A DNA stretch of 52,284 bases from a virus (IMGVR_UViG_3300029610_000357:1-52284); one strand, 5' to 3'; counted from the stretch's first letter, positions 19,391 to 30,737 are shown. Program-made: numbers and translations. Notes: generated by a model from the sequence alone, not told the origin.

Positions 19391-19607
19391 GATATTGACA
19401 AGTAAAGTTAAGACATGAGCTTAGCCACTTCAAACCAAATTCAGTAAGAATGGGCATCTTACAGGAATTTGAATGATGATTAAAGGATAGTAAAAGGAGG
19501 TCACAAGGAGATTAATACTTTGCACTTATCCCGATTGGGAATCTTCCCTTTAACGGGTTAATCCAATCATCACTGTGAATTTAATTAAATAAATTCACCC
19601 ATGAGAG

Positions 19608-19640
19608 AAGACACTCACTAATTACAGTGGGTGTCTTTTT
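19608..19640 (+). terminator. intrinsic terminator for the + strand cassette
   Basis: aagacactcact-aattac-agtgggtgtctt followed by T-tract; G.U pair favours the + strand. Confidence 0.7.
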
Positions 19641-19648
19641 CTATGTCT

Positions 19649-19867
19649 TTATAATAAATTTCCATCTCTCATAGAAGCAATTTCTTCTCTGATGTACATA
19701 GACCTCATCTCAGGGGTCAGCTCATCGAAAGGAGTTAATCCTTCATCATCCATATAATTCATCAGAGCTCCCAACGAAATTGAATACAAACTATTCCTGC
19801 ATTTCATTCGCACAACTCCGATTAATAAAATTCCAATAATAAGTAATAATAATAAATTAATTTCCAT
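19649..19867 (-). CDS. small membrane protein
   Basis: GGAGG RBS before ATG 19867; N-terminal TM helix LLLLLIIGILLIGVV. Confidence 0.6.
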   Translation of the reverse strand: MEINLLLLLIIGILLIGVVRMKCRNSLYSISLGALMNYMDDEGLTPFDELTPEMRSMYIREEIASMRDGNLL

Positions 19868-19915
19868 GATTTCCTCCAATTTAAAAAGAGCCCATGTTTT
19901 CACACAGGCTCTACA

Positions 19916-22900
19916 TTATTTACCGATCGTAGGCTTACGACCAATTTTGTGATATTCTTTTAGTTTGTTAGCTTGCTCTTGATCATAAACCTGTTTTGCA
20001 ACAACCTTAAGATCATTCAGAACACTCTTATCAACCATGCCTCCAGATTCTACTTTGATCAATGCATCGTAATAAGAAGAGAAGTCTCCAGTACCAGTCA
20101 TAATATCTTTTGTCTTAGAGGCTTTAACAACTGATTCAGAAATCTTAACAGCTTGTTTCAGCACATCAGATGTTTCTGGCTTCAGTAAAATTTCGTCTCT
20201 ACGAACAGTAGCAATACCATGATCATGATTACTTTGAATTACACCATTAAGCTGAGAGATTGGTATTACATCATCAATGACACCACCATTTCTTACACCT
20301 GCTTTCTTTAATGCTGTAAGGATTTTATTTGACTGAGCTTTAGAATATTTCCCATCTTTTCCCTTATAAAACTCTTTCCCCTTTTTAGAGTTCTTAGTCG
20401 TAATTACTCCAAGTTTTTTACCAAGAGCTTCCATACCTTTTGGATTGTTTACAACATCATAGCCCTTACTAGCTAAATAATTGTTTAAAGGAGACCAACT
20501 CTTAAGCTGAGCTTCAGTGTAAGCAGCTCCTATATGAAAATTTAATCCCAATGACTTAGCTTTCTTTTGACTGGCAGATAGTTGGATTACAACGGTGAAA
20601 TTCACAGAGAGTCCATTAGCAGATTTGCACACTGGAGTAACTGTTCCTTCATGATCTCCTTTTGTAGCCGTAATTGTACATGAAGCTCCTGAAGGAGACA
20701 TTGTTATGTAACCTAGGCTATTAGAATACCAAGAAAATGATTGTCCAGCCCCGTCTGGAGGAACAATATCAGAAACAGTAACAGTCTTACTTTCTCCAGG
20801 GGCTAAGGTAATAGACGCTGGACTAACACTGAAAGACATAAGATTATGTTCCTGCTGTTCAGGTGTTTTCATAGAACCACTAACAGCACTAGCATTTCCA
20901 GTTTCAACTTTTGAAGAATCAACCTTAGACCCTGTAATACCAGTTGTACCAGTTACATTAGTATCAGGATTTGCAACATTATTAGTCACAGAGCTGTTCT
21001 TGTTCTGAGTATCTTTTGCGTTCTGTTCAGGTGTCTTGCCATTAGCAGAGCTATTGTATTCAGAATGATATAACTCACTTAGACCATTAATAAGTCCAGA
21101 ATTAATAGCAGTGTCATTGATCTTCTTAAAGACATCAGAGTAAGAATCTCCAACCTGTTTTAAGAACTTGCTAATAAGCTTAGATTGTTCATCCAGAGAA
21201 CCGCTTAAAGATTTAAGCTGTTTATCTAAAGACTCTTGTAATTTTTCAGTCAGATCATCGTATCCTTGGGATTCCATAGAATATTGATGTTCTTTCTTAG
21301 TATCATCCATTTGTTCCTGAGCATCGGCAATCTGAGCATCTAATTTGGCTCTTTGTGCTTTCGCAGCTTCACCTTCGACGCCCTCTAAAGCAGCACGCTG
21401 AGCTTCAAGAGCTTGCAGGTCTTTTGTCTGACTCTTGATGTTTTTATCATAATCATAATATTCTTTCTTACGATTTAAAGCCTCTTTACGCTTATCAATA
21501 ACTTTAACCAGAGCATCAACTTCAGCTTGCATCGTTGCCTTACCAAGTTCTATAATTTGATTCTTATAGTCATTGGTATTTGTTGCAGCCTCACGAAGTT
21601 GTTTATTGATTTCAGCTAACTTACTTTCAAAAGCAGAATCTCCAATTTGATGATCGTCATGTAATTTATATAAAGCATTTCTTTGTTCTGCCAGATCGGC
21701 CATATTAAGCTGTTCTTGGCGCATACTATCACTTAGAAGAGCAATTTTAGCTTTACCATCTGTAGTCAGTTTACCTGTGTCAGGATCGTTTAAGTAGTCC
21801 TGATTCAACATATTCATAAGATCGTTGTTTTCATCGATACGAGTATTTCTCTTATCAATCTTACGACTGCTTTCATCAAGAGGAATTATAATAGCTTCCT
21901 GACGTAACTGTTCATTCTTTTCTTCTAAAGAGTAATTTTCTTCACGTCTTGAATACCAGTCATCATAAAGCTCTTTGTATCTTTCAGAATCCTTAGCAAC
22001 CTTATTCATCAATTCCTGATCGGTTTTCATGATCTCAGCATTGACAGCAGCCCTATCATTGTTTTTAGCGATCTGATCAGTTTTTGACTGCTTAGTAGCA
22101 TAATCACCATGAGCTTCAGCCATAGAAGCAGTATGTTCTAAGGCAGTAGCAGCATGTTCAGCTTCATCTGCAAGTCTTGTCAACCTATCAAATTTAATCT
22201 GATCAATTTCTTTTCTCGCATTTGCAATAGCAGTATCAGTATCAGCAATATTATTCCTAAAAGTTTGAATCTGGGCTTCATATGTGTTCTTTTGTTCATC
22301 TGTTAAGATTCCCTTTTTCTTAGCCTTATCATATTCTGCCTGATATTTATTCAATTCTTGTTGCTGAATATTTCTCTGATTTTGATATTGTCGAATCTGA
22401 TTGTTTAGATTAGCTGTTTTATTATCAAAAGTATCTGTCCCTTGAGCAATATTAAGATCATTGATCTTTTGATAGTTCTCTAGGATAGCAGACGTTTTAG
22501 ATGCCATAGCATCATAATAACTAACAACCTTTTCAAGCTTGGTTTGTACCAGTTCTTGTTGTTGTTTCGTAAGCTCCTCAACTTGCTGTTTGCATTGTTT
22601 AGCTTTATCATACCAGTTCTTATACTCTTCAACAGCGCTACGAATTTTATCATTGCTAATAGTTTTGATATCAATAGACCCGTTGCGTACTTTTTTGAAA
22701 TAAGATTTTAGAACTTTTTGATTCTTAGCTTTTGAAGCATTTTTTGTTTTAGGAGCTTTCTTAACTGCTTGTTTTTCAAAGCTTTCATAGAATTTCTTAT
22801 ATTTCTTATAACCTTGGGTATTAGCAGTGATAGAAGAACCAACACTCTTTAAAGCTTTGTCATAATCATCAACAGCAGAAGTAAGACTATGAACATTTTC

Positions 22901-23351
22901 TGCTTTAGCTGTCCAAAGATCAGTAGCAGCAGTAAGATTTTCAATCTTTACTTCAATGAAGTCAAAGGCTTTACCTATCTTATTAAGATAATTTTCAAGA
23001 GCTGATTTCTTAGATTTAGATTTGGTTTTCTTCTTACCGCTTCCAGAGCCAGACTTACCAGATCCTGAACTTCCAGAACCGGTTTTAGATTTACCAGAAG
23101 AAGAAGTAGTTTTCTTCTTTTTACCTGTAGTAGTTTTGCTACCATTAAATTTAATTTTAATTCCAGCAGAGTTAGCATGAGCAGATCCATGAGCAAATGC
23201 TCCTTCACCACCAACAATCTTAGCTCTACTTCCTGTCTTTCCTTTGTTTAGGAGTTCCTTTGTTTGTAGGTGATTAAATACTATATCACCACGTTTGAGG
23301 TTCACAAATTCTGGGCCTTGAGACCCTACTGTAAACCATCTGTTACCACGT
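19916..23351 (-). CDS. tape measure protein, exon 3 of 3
   Basis: Joins exon 2 as ELVV|RGNRWFTVGSQGPEFVNLKRGD, in frame with ORF 19916-23305; long coiled coil; join(35465..31371,29114..25570,23351..19916) = 11076 nt, 3691 aa. Confidence 0.88.
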
Positions 23352-23458
23352 CAATTATGTTTTCATCGGTTCGCAACACCGACAAGAGTTTTCACTCCTC
23401 ATGTTTTCACATGAGTTCAGACTATATCTTTTACCTGATTTTATTAAAATTGTGTATG

Positions 23459-23493
23459 AAAAAAGAGCAGAAGTAATTTTACTTTTGCTCTTT
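23459..23493 (-). terminator. intrinsic terminator after the intron cargo genes, inside the intron
   Basis: gagcagaagtaa-tt-ttacttttgctc stem flanked by A and T tracts. Confidence 0.7.
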
Positions 23494-23505
23494 CGATAAA
23501 TGTAT

Positions 23506-24285
23506 TTATTCAGTTGTATTGTCCAATATATCTTGTGAATCTGCAACAGTTATGTCAGTAACCTTAAGATCATCAAATTTTAATCCTAGTATAGTATCAC
23601 TTTTTTTAAATATTTGCTGAACAGCAAAGTCATCCATATCATCTGCGATATAAGATTTTGTGACTTTACCATCTTTAAAAGCAATTAATACATCTTCTGT
23701 ATAATCATCCATTTTTAAATCGTCAATACCCAAATCATCAAGCACGTCCACGGCCAGATCTCCCAATTTGATGTTGCATAAAGTGGCTTTTTTGCCCTTG
23801 TCTACATTAATCCAACTAACTTTATTAGAGCTATTGTATCTTAATGCTATATATGATTTATCGACACAGATTAGAGAACCACCTTTTATTTCAATACAAT
23901 CTTTACCATATTTACGTTTTACAGATTTGCTAGATTCTCCCAAATAAACACTTTTACCATCAAGACTAGCAGAATATTGGTGATTCGGTAAAATACTCTT
24001 AACAACAAATCCAATTAATAGTATTAAAACACATAAGACAACTACCGATACCTTTTTGTGATTCTTAAGGAAAGACTTGTTGAATTTAAAATCTTTCTTT
24101 AAAGAAGCAGCTTGATCAGATATATTCTTAATGTTTTTTTCGATTTCCGCATGACGTTTTTCATTTTTCTCTTTTCTTTCGATGTCTTCATAATACTTTT
24201 TAATGTTAAACCCACACTGTGGACAAGCAGTAGCAGTAGATGATACGTTTTCTTTTCCACATTCAGGACATTTTACTAAAGCCAT
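23506..24285 (-). CDS. zinc-ribbon, single-TM membrane protein (intron cargo)
   Basis: MALVKCPECGKENVSSTATACPQCG, TM helix VSVVVLCVLILLIGFVV, extracytoplasmic C-terminal domain; AGGAG RBS before ATG 24285. Confidence 0.82.
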   Translation of the reverse strand: MALVKCPECGKENVSSTATACPQCGFNIKKYYEDIERKEKNEKRHAEIEKNIKNISDQAASLKKDFKFNKSFLKNHKKVSVVVLCVLILLIGFVVKSILPNHQYSASLDGKSVYLGESSKSVKRKYGKDCIEIKGGSLICVDKSYIALRYNSSNKVSWINVDKGKKATLCNIKLGDLAVDVLDDLGIDDLKMDDYTEDVLIAFKDGKVTKSYIADDMDDFAVQQIFKKSDTILGLKFDDLKVTDITVADSQDILDNTTE

Positions 24286-24298
24286 AGTTTTTCTCCTT

Positions 24299-25180
24299 CT
24301 AAAATTCCTTTGTAACTGGTTTTGTGAATGGTGTTTCACTTTCATAACAATCATATTGATAAGGGCCTGTTTTGTTAGAAAAGCTATATGATACTATTTC
24401 TGCTTTTACTCCACAATCTTCAGAATTCATAGAGTCTTGAGCTCTCATGCTTTGATTAGCCTTTAAATTATCAAAATCGAAGTTTTGATCTTCTAACACA
24501 GTTCCATCCTTGTCATAAAATCTAACTAGAACACTGGCCTGATCGAAATCAAAATTTGTAAGGTTTTTTACTTTGATTGTTATTTCTTTTCCATCCCCAT
24601 AAGAATCATTGGCTACTTTAAAAGAAGTTATTTTTAAAGCATCGTCAATCAGAGGAGAAGGAGTTTTGATTGATTTAACATAAGAAGATAAAGCGGTAGC
24701 CCTTTTCTTGGAAAAATTAATTTGCAATTTATCAGCTATTTTTTTAACTTGTATGGCTAATCTTTCATCATAGGCATTTAAGTTATATGCATACTTTGTT
24801 TGTGCGTTCATATAATTTTCAGAAAGAGTAGATTGCATTTGTATTATATTCATAAGGTCACTCATTAGTTTTTTTGTAGACGAATCCTTAAATATTATAT
24901 CATCATCTAGGTATTTATCAAGACAGTCTGATAATTTTGCTGTGCCATCAATCCACTGTTGTTGTGCTTCATCGCTGGTTTCGGCTTCTCGTAAAGAATC
25001 TATATAGTCCCATCGGTCATTCATAGCTTTCTTTACATCATCAGCAACTTGCTTGTTTGTATATACTGTCTCAGTTTTTTTGGTTTTTTGTGGCTTTTCT
25101 TTTTTAGAGGAATTTACACATCCTCCACACGCTATCAGCAACCCAAGGGCTAATAGCATATATAAAATTTTCTTTTTCAT
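24299..25180 (-). CDS. lipoprotein with C-terminal FxLYD-like domain (intron cargo)
   Basis: Signal peptide MKKKILYMLLALGLLIAC with lipobox; VKNLT...VRFYDKDG motif; GGAGG RBS. Confidence 0.8.
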   Translation of the reverse strand: MKKKILYMLLALGLLIACGGCVNSSKKEKPQKTKKTETVYTNKQVADDVKKAMNDRWDYIDSLREAETSDEAQQQWIDGTAKLSDCLDKYLDDDIIFKDSSTKKLMSDLMNIIQMQSTLSENYMNAQTKYAYNLNAYDERLAIQVKKIADKLQINFSKKRATALSSYVKSIKTPSPLIDDALKITSFKVANDSYGDGKEITIKVKNLTNFDFDQASVLVRFYDKDGTVLEDQNFDFDNLKANQSMRAQDSMNSEDCGVKAEIVSYSFSNKTGPYQYDCYESETPFTKPVTKEF

Positions 25181-25213
25181 ACATTTTCCCTCCGTAATTT
25201 ATTTATAAAAACA

Positions 25214-25219
25214 ATTATA
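25214..25219 (-). promoter_or_regulatory. putative -10 box for the intron cargo operon
   Basis: Perfect TATAAT ~35 nt upstream of the lipoprotein ATG, inside the P8 loop; no clear -35. Confidence 0.4.
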
Positions 25220-25569
25220 CATTATTTGACATGTTTTTCATAGAGAGAATATTCGTTTATCATATTTATCAGGTAATTTATCATTTCGATTTAAACATTG
25301 CTGTACCGCCATTAGCTTGCGGCTCTACTCCTCATAAGAGGATAGTCGTTGAACCTTATCCTATTCGGATCTTGGCTGCTGATTGTCTATTGTGGCAGAA
25401 GCAGGGGATTTAACCTCGCTTCCATATAATTAATTCTTTTTACTTTCGTAGCGTTCACATCTAGGCATATTTCATCCTTCTGTTGTAGCTTAATTATCTT
25501 TAAGACTTTCCAGCAATTAGATAAATTTTCACATATGTATTACTACATAAGGTCGCATATGTGGTTTAT

Positions 25570-28500
25570 ACGACAAGTTCGTCTCCTAATTCTCCTGTAA
25601 GAGCTCGTTCATCTTGTTTTAATCCCCAATCGCCACCATTGGCGTGAGCATTACCGACAGATGATTTGAGCTTATCTGTTTTCTCTTGTAAATATTTGTT
25701 CTTTTCAGTCTGTACAACAGGATTAATTTCTGATAAATCAGAGATTTTTGTTGTTCCCATCGCAAGAGCACGGCTTCCAAGTTTCTTAATTGTCCCGTGA
25801 GCAAAAGCACCAAATTCTTCAATATCATCAAGTTCGTTATCGTACCAGTCTGTTAAATCATCGACAGTACCTTGAGCAAAAGCATTTGATCTTGGAATAA
25901 AAGATCCGTGTGCATTTGCTGTACCATGAGCATGTTGAACTTTATTCCATTTACCATCGGTTAAAGCACTTGAAACATGACTTCCTTTGCCACCCTTTTT
26001 ACCACTAACTTTAGGCTTACCGTCATTATCTGTAATATCTCTACGAATATTTTCGATAATATTTTTTTGCTTGGTAGTTAAAGTAATTGTTTTATCGTGT
26101 AAACTATCACGATATTTTTTAATCGCCCAAAGAACTGCACTTGCATGATCTTTACAATATGCTGCAAATTTTTTGTCTTTAATTTTTTTAGTATCTAGTT
26201 TTTTGATTTCTGGAGTAGCGTTGTCAACAATATTGACGGGAATTTGTTTGTCTTCTGGTAGTAAAGCATTAAGCTGCTCAATAAGATCACTTTGTTTTTG
26301 AGCAAGTTCTACACCGATTTTAACTCTCTTTTCTCCAGTGGCTTTAGAAAATTCTTCAGATAATTTATCAATTTCACTTTGACTATCCTTAAGATTGAGT
26401 TTCATGTCGGCACTGATTTGAACGCCTTTTAATAAACCACCTTTACCGAAGTCCTTACCACCTGTCATATTGTAAAGAATATTATTAGCATCACTTACCT
26501 GTTTAGTTAAGTTTTTGTTCTTTTCCTCGGTGGTCATTGACTTTTCATTGATTTTATACTGCTCTTTGAGATTGTTTAAATCAGATGTATAATCAGCAAC
26601 CTTGATTGTAAATTCCAAACTCTTTTTCAGATCATCAGGAATTTCTTTTTCAGCATTTTTGAGCTTAATGAGTTTCTGACGATATTCTTCAATTTGTTCG
26701 CCTAAAAGAGTCTTACCAGAGCCTTCTTCCATTTTATCCCATTTCTTAGCCAATCCATTAAGTTTTTTTTCAGCTTTTTCATACTGTTCTGTGACGGATT
26801 TGAAATCAATCTTACCACCGTAATCCTTTAAGCGGTTCAACACAGCTTCAAAAGGTTCAATACCCATACCCATTGCTTTAGCAGCAGAAGCAGTATTAGT
26901 GATCTTTCCTGAATAAGTACCTTCAGCAGTTTTCTTTAAAGTACCAAAATCAGTATTAGCTTTTTGGGATTTGGCAGATAAATCATCTAAGAATTTAACC
27001 AGACCACTATTATCGGAAGTAAAATACTTAGTAGTCTTAGCCCATGTCTTATCAAAAGTAGCAGCATCAGTCTTACCAGAAGCACTCATAACACTTGTCA
27101 GTGTTTTGAAGTCATCTGTTCCAATAAGTCCTTTGTCACGTTCTTTCTTTTGAGCATTGAATGCCTCACGCATTGCTAAATAAGTATCACCAGAATCAGC
27201 AGTTTCCTTAGCTTGAAGATAATCACTCCAAGTAGACTGAGATTTTGTCTGATTGATTAATTTCAGACGTTCTTTCAACTGATCAAGACTACCTGTCCAT
27301 TTCTCAGTTTGAGAATTTAAGATATCAAAGGCTTGAGACATTTCAGTAAAATCAAGACCATCTAAAAATTTAGTTGTATCTTTACTTTTACCAAGCTTGT
27401 CTTGTATGCCCTTGATCATATCCTCAACATTTTTGCCATCATGAAGAATATCTCCATCTTTGCTGAATTTAAAATCAAAAGCGTCTTCAAGAGCAGCGCT
27501 TAATGTTTTACCATCAACTTTTTTACCTAAAGTTTTTGTCAGATCGTTATAAGCATCTTGAACATCTTCATTCCACTTTTTGGCCGATTTTCCACCAGTT
27601 TTGTTGGTTGTTTTAACCAGTTCATCCAAATCTTCCTGTGCTTTTTTATTCTTGGTAAACTCTTTGGTAATTTTTTGGAGATCTTTACGCTTCTTACTAA
27701 TGTTATCGTCAGTTAAATCTTTTTCATTGGCATTGTCAAAGTCGATAATGTTACCAGCAATACCACTTAAGAAACTTTGTCCTTTGCTAGATAGTTTGTC
27801 ATAGCCATCTGAAGCTGAAACCGTATTTTGGAAATCTTCCTTATATTGTTTCGCAAGAGACTTGATCTCTTTCATCATTTTATTATATCTAGCTACATAT
27901 TTAGATACATTGGCTTCAATAGCCTCAGTTGAAATAGAAGGATTGTCTTCTTTCATCTGATCAAAGATTTTGCTGTAATTGTTAGCAAATTTACTAATAT
28001 CAGCATCTTTAGTTAAATCAAGAGCTTTTTTACCACCGATAACTTTTTTTGTTGCATCTCCAAATGCTTTTCCGAAACTATCTCCAGATGAAGATGTTCT
28101 TTTATAAATCTCATCAGAAATATTTTTTCGAGTTGATTCAATATCTTTAGAAAGACTTTTATCTAATAGGCCACCAGCAGCTTTCTTCAAGCTTTCCTGA
28201 TTACCTTTGTTAAGTTTATCCCAAGTAGCATCAGAAGAATAATCCTTTTGTGTGCTTTTTAATTTCTTCTCCTGAGATTCAATCGCTTTGTCTATCAAAC
28301 CTGATGTCTTAGCGATTGCATTTCCTTCAGCGTCATAACCAGAGATGAGAGAAGGAGTAGTATCTAAAATTTCCTTACGGATATTTAAGAATCTTTCATA
28401 AGAAGAAGTATCTAAGCTGATGTTATTACCATACTCGTCTACACCTTTGGATAGAGATTCAAACTCAGTTTTGTTTCCTTTAAGAGTAGAGATATTGGTT

Positions 28501-29114
28501 TTTGTATCAGATAATTTGTCCTGATAGTTTGTACGTGTTTTGTCAGCAGCTTCTATTTTATCTTTATCATAGGTAGCAGCTTTTTGAATCTTGGTACCAA
28601 CCCAAGAAAGTGCCATAGCACCTAATTGCATAAGAGCACTAGCAGCTAAACCAATACCAACATTAGCAGCAAAAGCACCAGCCTTAGCAGCAATACCAGA
28701 AGCCTTAATCCTTTCAAAAGCAGCACTAACTCCACCTGCAGCAGATTGAGCAATGCTACCAGATTTTTCTACAGCTTCATTAAACTTCTCAAGACCTTTT
28801 CCATAAGTATTTTTCTTATCACTAAGATCATAGTTGTTTTGTTTGGCTTGACCGTAAAGAGTACTAGCTGTATCACGACCTTTTTCAGTCTTCATTTCAT
28901 TCTGAAGTCGCTTAAACATGTCCTCTTTTTCTTTGGCGGATTTACTACCAAAAATTTCAGGAACCATGCTATTACTAAAGAAATCTTGCAATCTACTTTG
29001 ATCAGACTGCATATTCTCATAATTAGCCTTACGTCTTGTAGGACTAAATGCATTCAGAATAGCACTACCAATTGGAAATTCATTTTTACCAGTTTCTTTA
29101 TTGTATTGTACAAG
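25570..29114 (-). CDS. tape measure protein, exon 2 of 3
   Basis: ORF 25566-29117 has no RBS and is bounded by predicted splice sites; Ala/Gly hydrophobic stretch plus coiled coil. Confidence 0.88.
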
Positions 29115-29172
29115 CAAACTGTTTACTCAAGGGCAGGGAAATACCCTATTTTCACACTGGTAAAATATGTAT

Positions 29173-29283
29173 TTGACAATCACTAATGCAATATTCTATA
29201 CTAATTATGTAACAAGAAATATGTATCATATCTCAAAGTAATAATACACATGGGGCTCACAATTCAGTGAGCCTTTTGTGTAT
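29173..29283 (+). ncRNA. putative small RNA unit 1 (promoter plus terminator), antisense within TMP-I1
   Basis: TTGACA-18 bp-TATACT (29173-29202), then ggctcac-aattca-gtgagcc-tttt hairpin. Confidence 0.5.
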
Positions 29284-29341
29284 CTGGATTTAACAGGAGA
29301 AGAGAGGTTCATAAAGATACCTCTTTTTTTTACAATTAACC

Positions 29342-29450
29342 TTGCAATATTTGGAAACATAAGTTATAATTAGAAACATCATGGAATAGTTAATTCCCCA
29401 ATTAATTATTTTCATACAAAGGCATTCCTAGGAGGTAGGGATGCCTTTTC
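29342..29450 (+). ncRNA. putative small RNA unit 2 (promoter plus terminator), antisense within TMP-I1
   Basis: TTGCAA-17 bp-TATAAT (29342-29370), then aggcattccta-ggagg-tagggatgcct-ttt hairpin. Confidence 0.5.
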
Positions 29451-29478
29451 TCCATTTATGGGGTAACGAATCGTTACC

Positions 29479-29946
29479 TTATGCATTTTCGTTGCTTTGA
29501 GTAGCAATTTTATTCATTAGATTAGTAATCTGCCCAATTGCTTTAGAGTAGTCATCAACGTATTGGTATGTAAGACAAAGGGCAGACTTCCCTGTGAATT
29601 TACTCATCAAAAGAGTGAACCCTTTTTGATTCATTTTATACATTGGTCTATACTGTCCATTTTTATCTTGATACGAATCTAAGATATAATATGTCCCGCC
29701 CAATTGAGGCAAGTCTTTAATAAAATTGTGAATTTTCTTTAACACATTGCTATGTTTTTTTTCATAGAAGTGTGCAACGTCAATAGAAGTTATATATAAA
29801 CTTTCTCTTTTTGAATTAACTCCACAATCTTTTGTAATATCATATCCACTAACAACTTTAGTATCTAATCTATAATTTTTTCTTCCCATATCTCCATAAA
29901 CTCCTTTTAATATAAATTTAATTTTAAAAAGGAGGCGATATTTCAC
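29479..29946 (-). CDS. Rha-family phage regulatory protein (intron cargo; start may be ATG 29889)
   Basis: ITSIDVAHFYEKKHSNVLKKI...SYQDKNGQYRPMYKMNQKGFTLLMSKFTGKSA is the Rha-family pattern. Confidence 0.85.
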   Translation of the reverse strand: MKYRLLFKIKFILKGVYGDMGRKNYRLDTKVVSGYDITKDCGVNSKRESLYITSIDVAHFYEKKHSNVLKKIHNFIKDLPQLGGTYYILDSYQDKNGQYRPMYKMNQKGFTLLMSKFTGKSALCLTYQYVDDYSKAIGQITNLMNKIATQSNENA

Positions 29947-29978
29947 CGCCCCCTTATCAACAACAATCTCACCAAACT

Positions 29979-30737
29979 TTAATCTTCAAGATCCCCAACA
30001 ACTCTGTAAACAAGTTTCTGACCTTTACCAGTTACATAAGTCTGTGGAACAATCACATTGCAAATCACATGTTCGCCAACTTCAAAACATCCGTTCTCAA
30101 CATATCTCTGATATGGCATGTTGTCCCGCATCAGGATTCCATTGCTTCTCAAAATTTCGAAAAGGCGATTCCTTCCAATGTCATATCCATCATTCTGCAA
30201 CAATTTGGCCATTGTATTCATGTCGATCGTATCAGAAGAAGCAGTAACACATCTTGCAAAATCTATATCTTCTTTGGAAGCTTCAAGTTCCCCTCTAAGC
30301 TCTGCGATTGTAGCTTGCTGAATTTCCAGTGCCTTAAGTACAAACTCTGCTTCAGACAGATTTTTATATGGAATATATCCACCAGTGCGTCTAATCTGTG
30401 GAAGAACTTCAGATGTTACCCATCTACGGAATCTTTTAGCTGAATCTAATTTACTATTGAAAATTAGATCATAAACACCAGATTCATTGATGACAGTCAC
30501 ATTTCGCATTTGACCTGCGTACTCGATTTGGGTACGCAGCTTATCCTCAACATCTACGTGCTTTGAGACAGCGTTTCGATAGTTAGAATATCCAAGTGCG
30601 ATTGCAATATCATTTCCAACGAAGTATGGTGTTCCTTCTATCTCAATACATCTGATTGATCCAAATTCATCGTTTACGAAGTTCATAATCTGATTGTTGT
30701 TTTCTACTCCATTTTCTGCTTTTGTTAAAATTGCCAT
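29979..30737 (-). CDS. phage antirepressor, BRO-N plus ANT/KilAC domains (intron cargo)
   Basis: FGSIRCI...PYFVGNDIA...INESGVYDLIFNSKL..AKRFRRWVTSEVLPQIRRTGGY; IGRNRLFEILR...PYQRY...VTGKGQ. Confidence 0.92.
   Translation of the reverse strand: MAILTKAENGVENNNQIMNFVNDEFGSIRCIEIEGTPYFVGNDIAIALGYSNYRNAVSKHVDVEDKLRTQIEYAGQMRNVTVINESGVYDLIFNSKLDSAKRFRRWVTSEVLPQIRRTGGYIPYKNLSEAEFVLKALEIQQATIAELRGELEASKEDIDFARCVTASSDTIDMNTMAKLLQNDGYDIGRNRLFEILRSNGILMRDNMPYQRYVENGCFEVGEHVICNVIVPQTYVTGKGQKLVYRVVGDLED

Larger units (their letters stand above)
18988..19466. repeat. 22-bp imperfect inverted repeat pair (18988-19009 and 19445-19466)
   Basis: tcctgtaagatgTAcattctta versus reverse complement of taagaatgGGcatcttacagga; 20/22 identical. 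Confidence 0.85.
23352..25569 (-). ncRNA. group I intron TMP-I2 (2218 nt) with two cargo genes in the P8 loop
   Basis: P1 GUCGU/GCGAC with U.G at splice site; AAUUGCUGGAAA, AAUCAGCAG, UUCAACGACUA and AAGAUAUAGUCU core motifs; P8 UUACCUGAU(25276-25268)/AUCAGGUAA(23439-23431); terminal G at 23352. Confidence 0.9.

Noticed and set aside
23030..23140. Low-complexity repeats
   Set aside because: Encodes a Gly/Ser/Lys linker within TMP, not a DNA repeat array
25231..25413. + strand 60-aa ORF (also 49083-49283, 51611-51907 and minus-strand 23355-23546)
   Set aside because: They overlie intron catalytic cores, lack RBSs, and their mutual similarity reflects conserved RNA motifs
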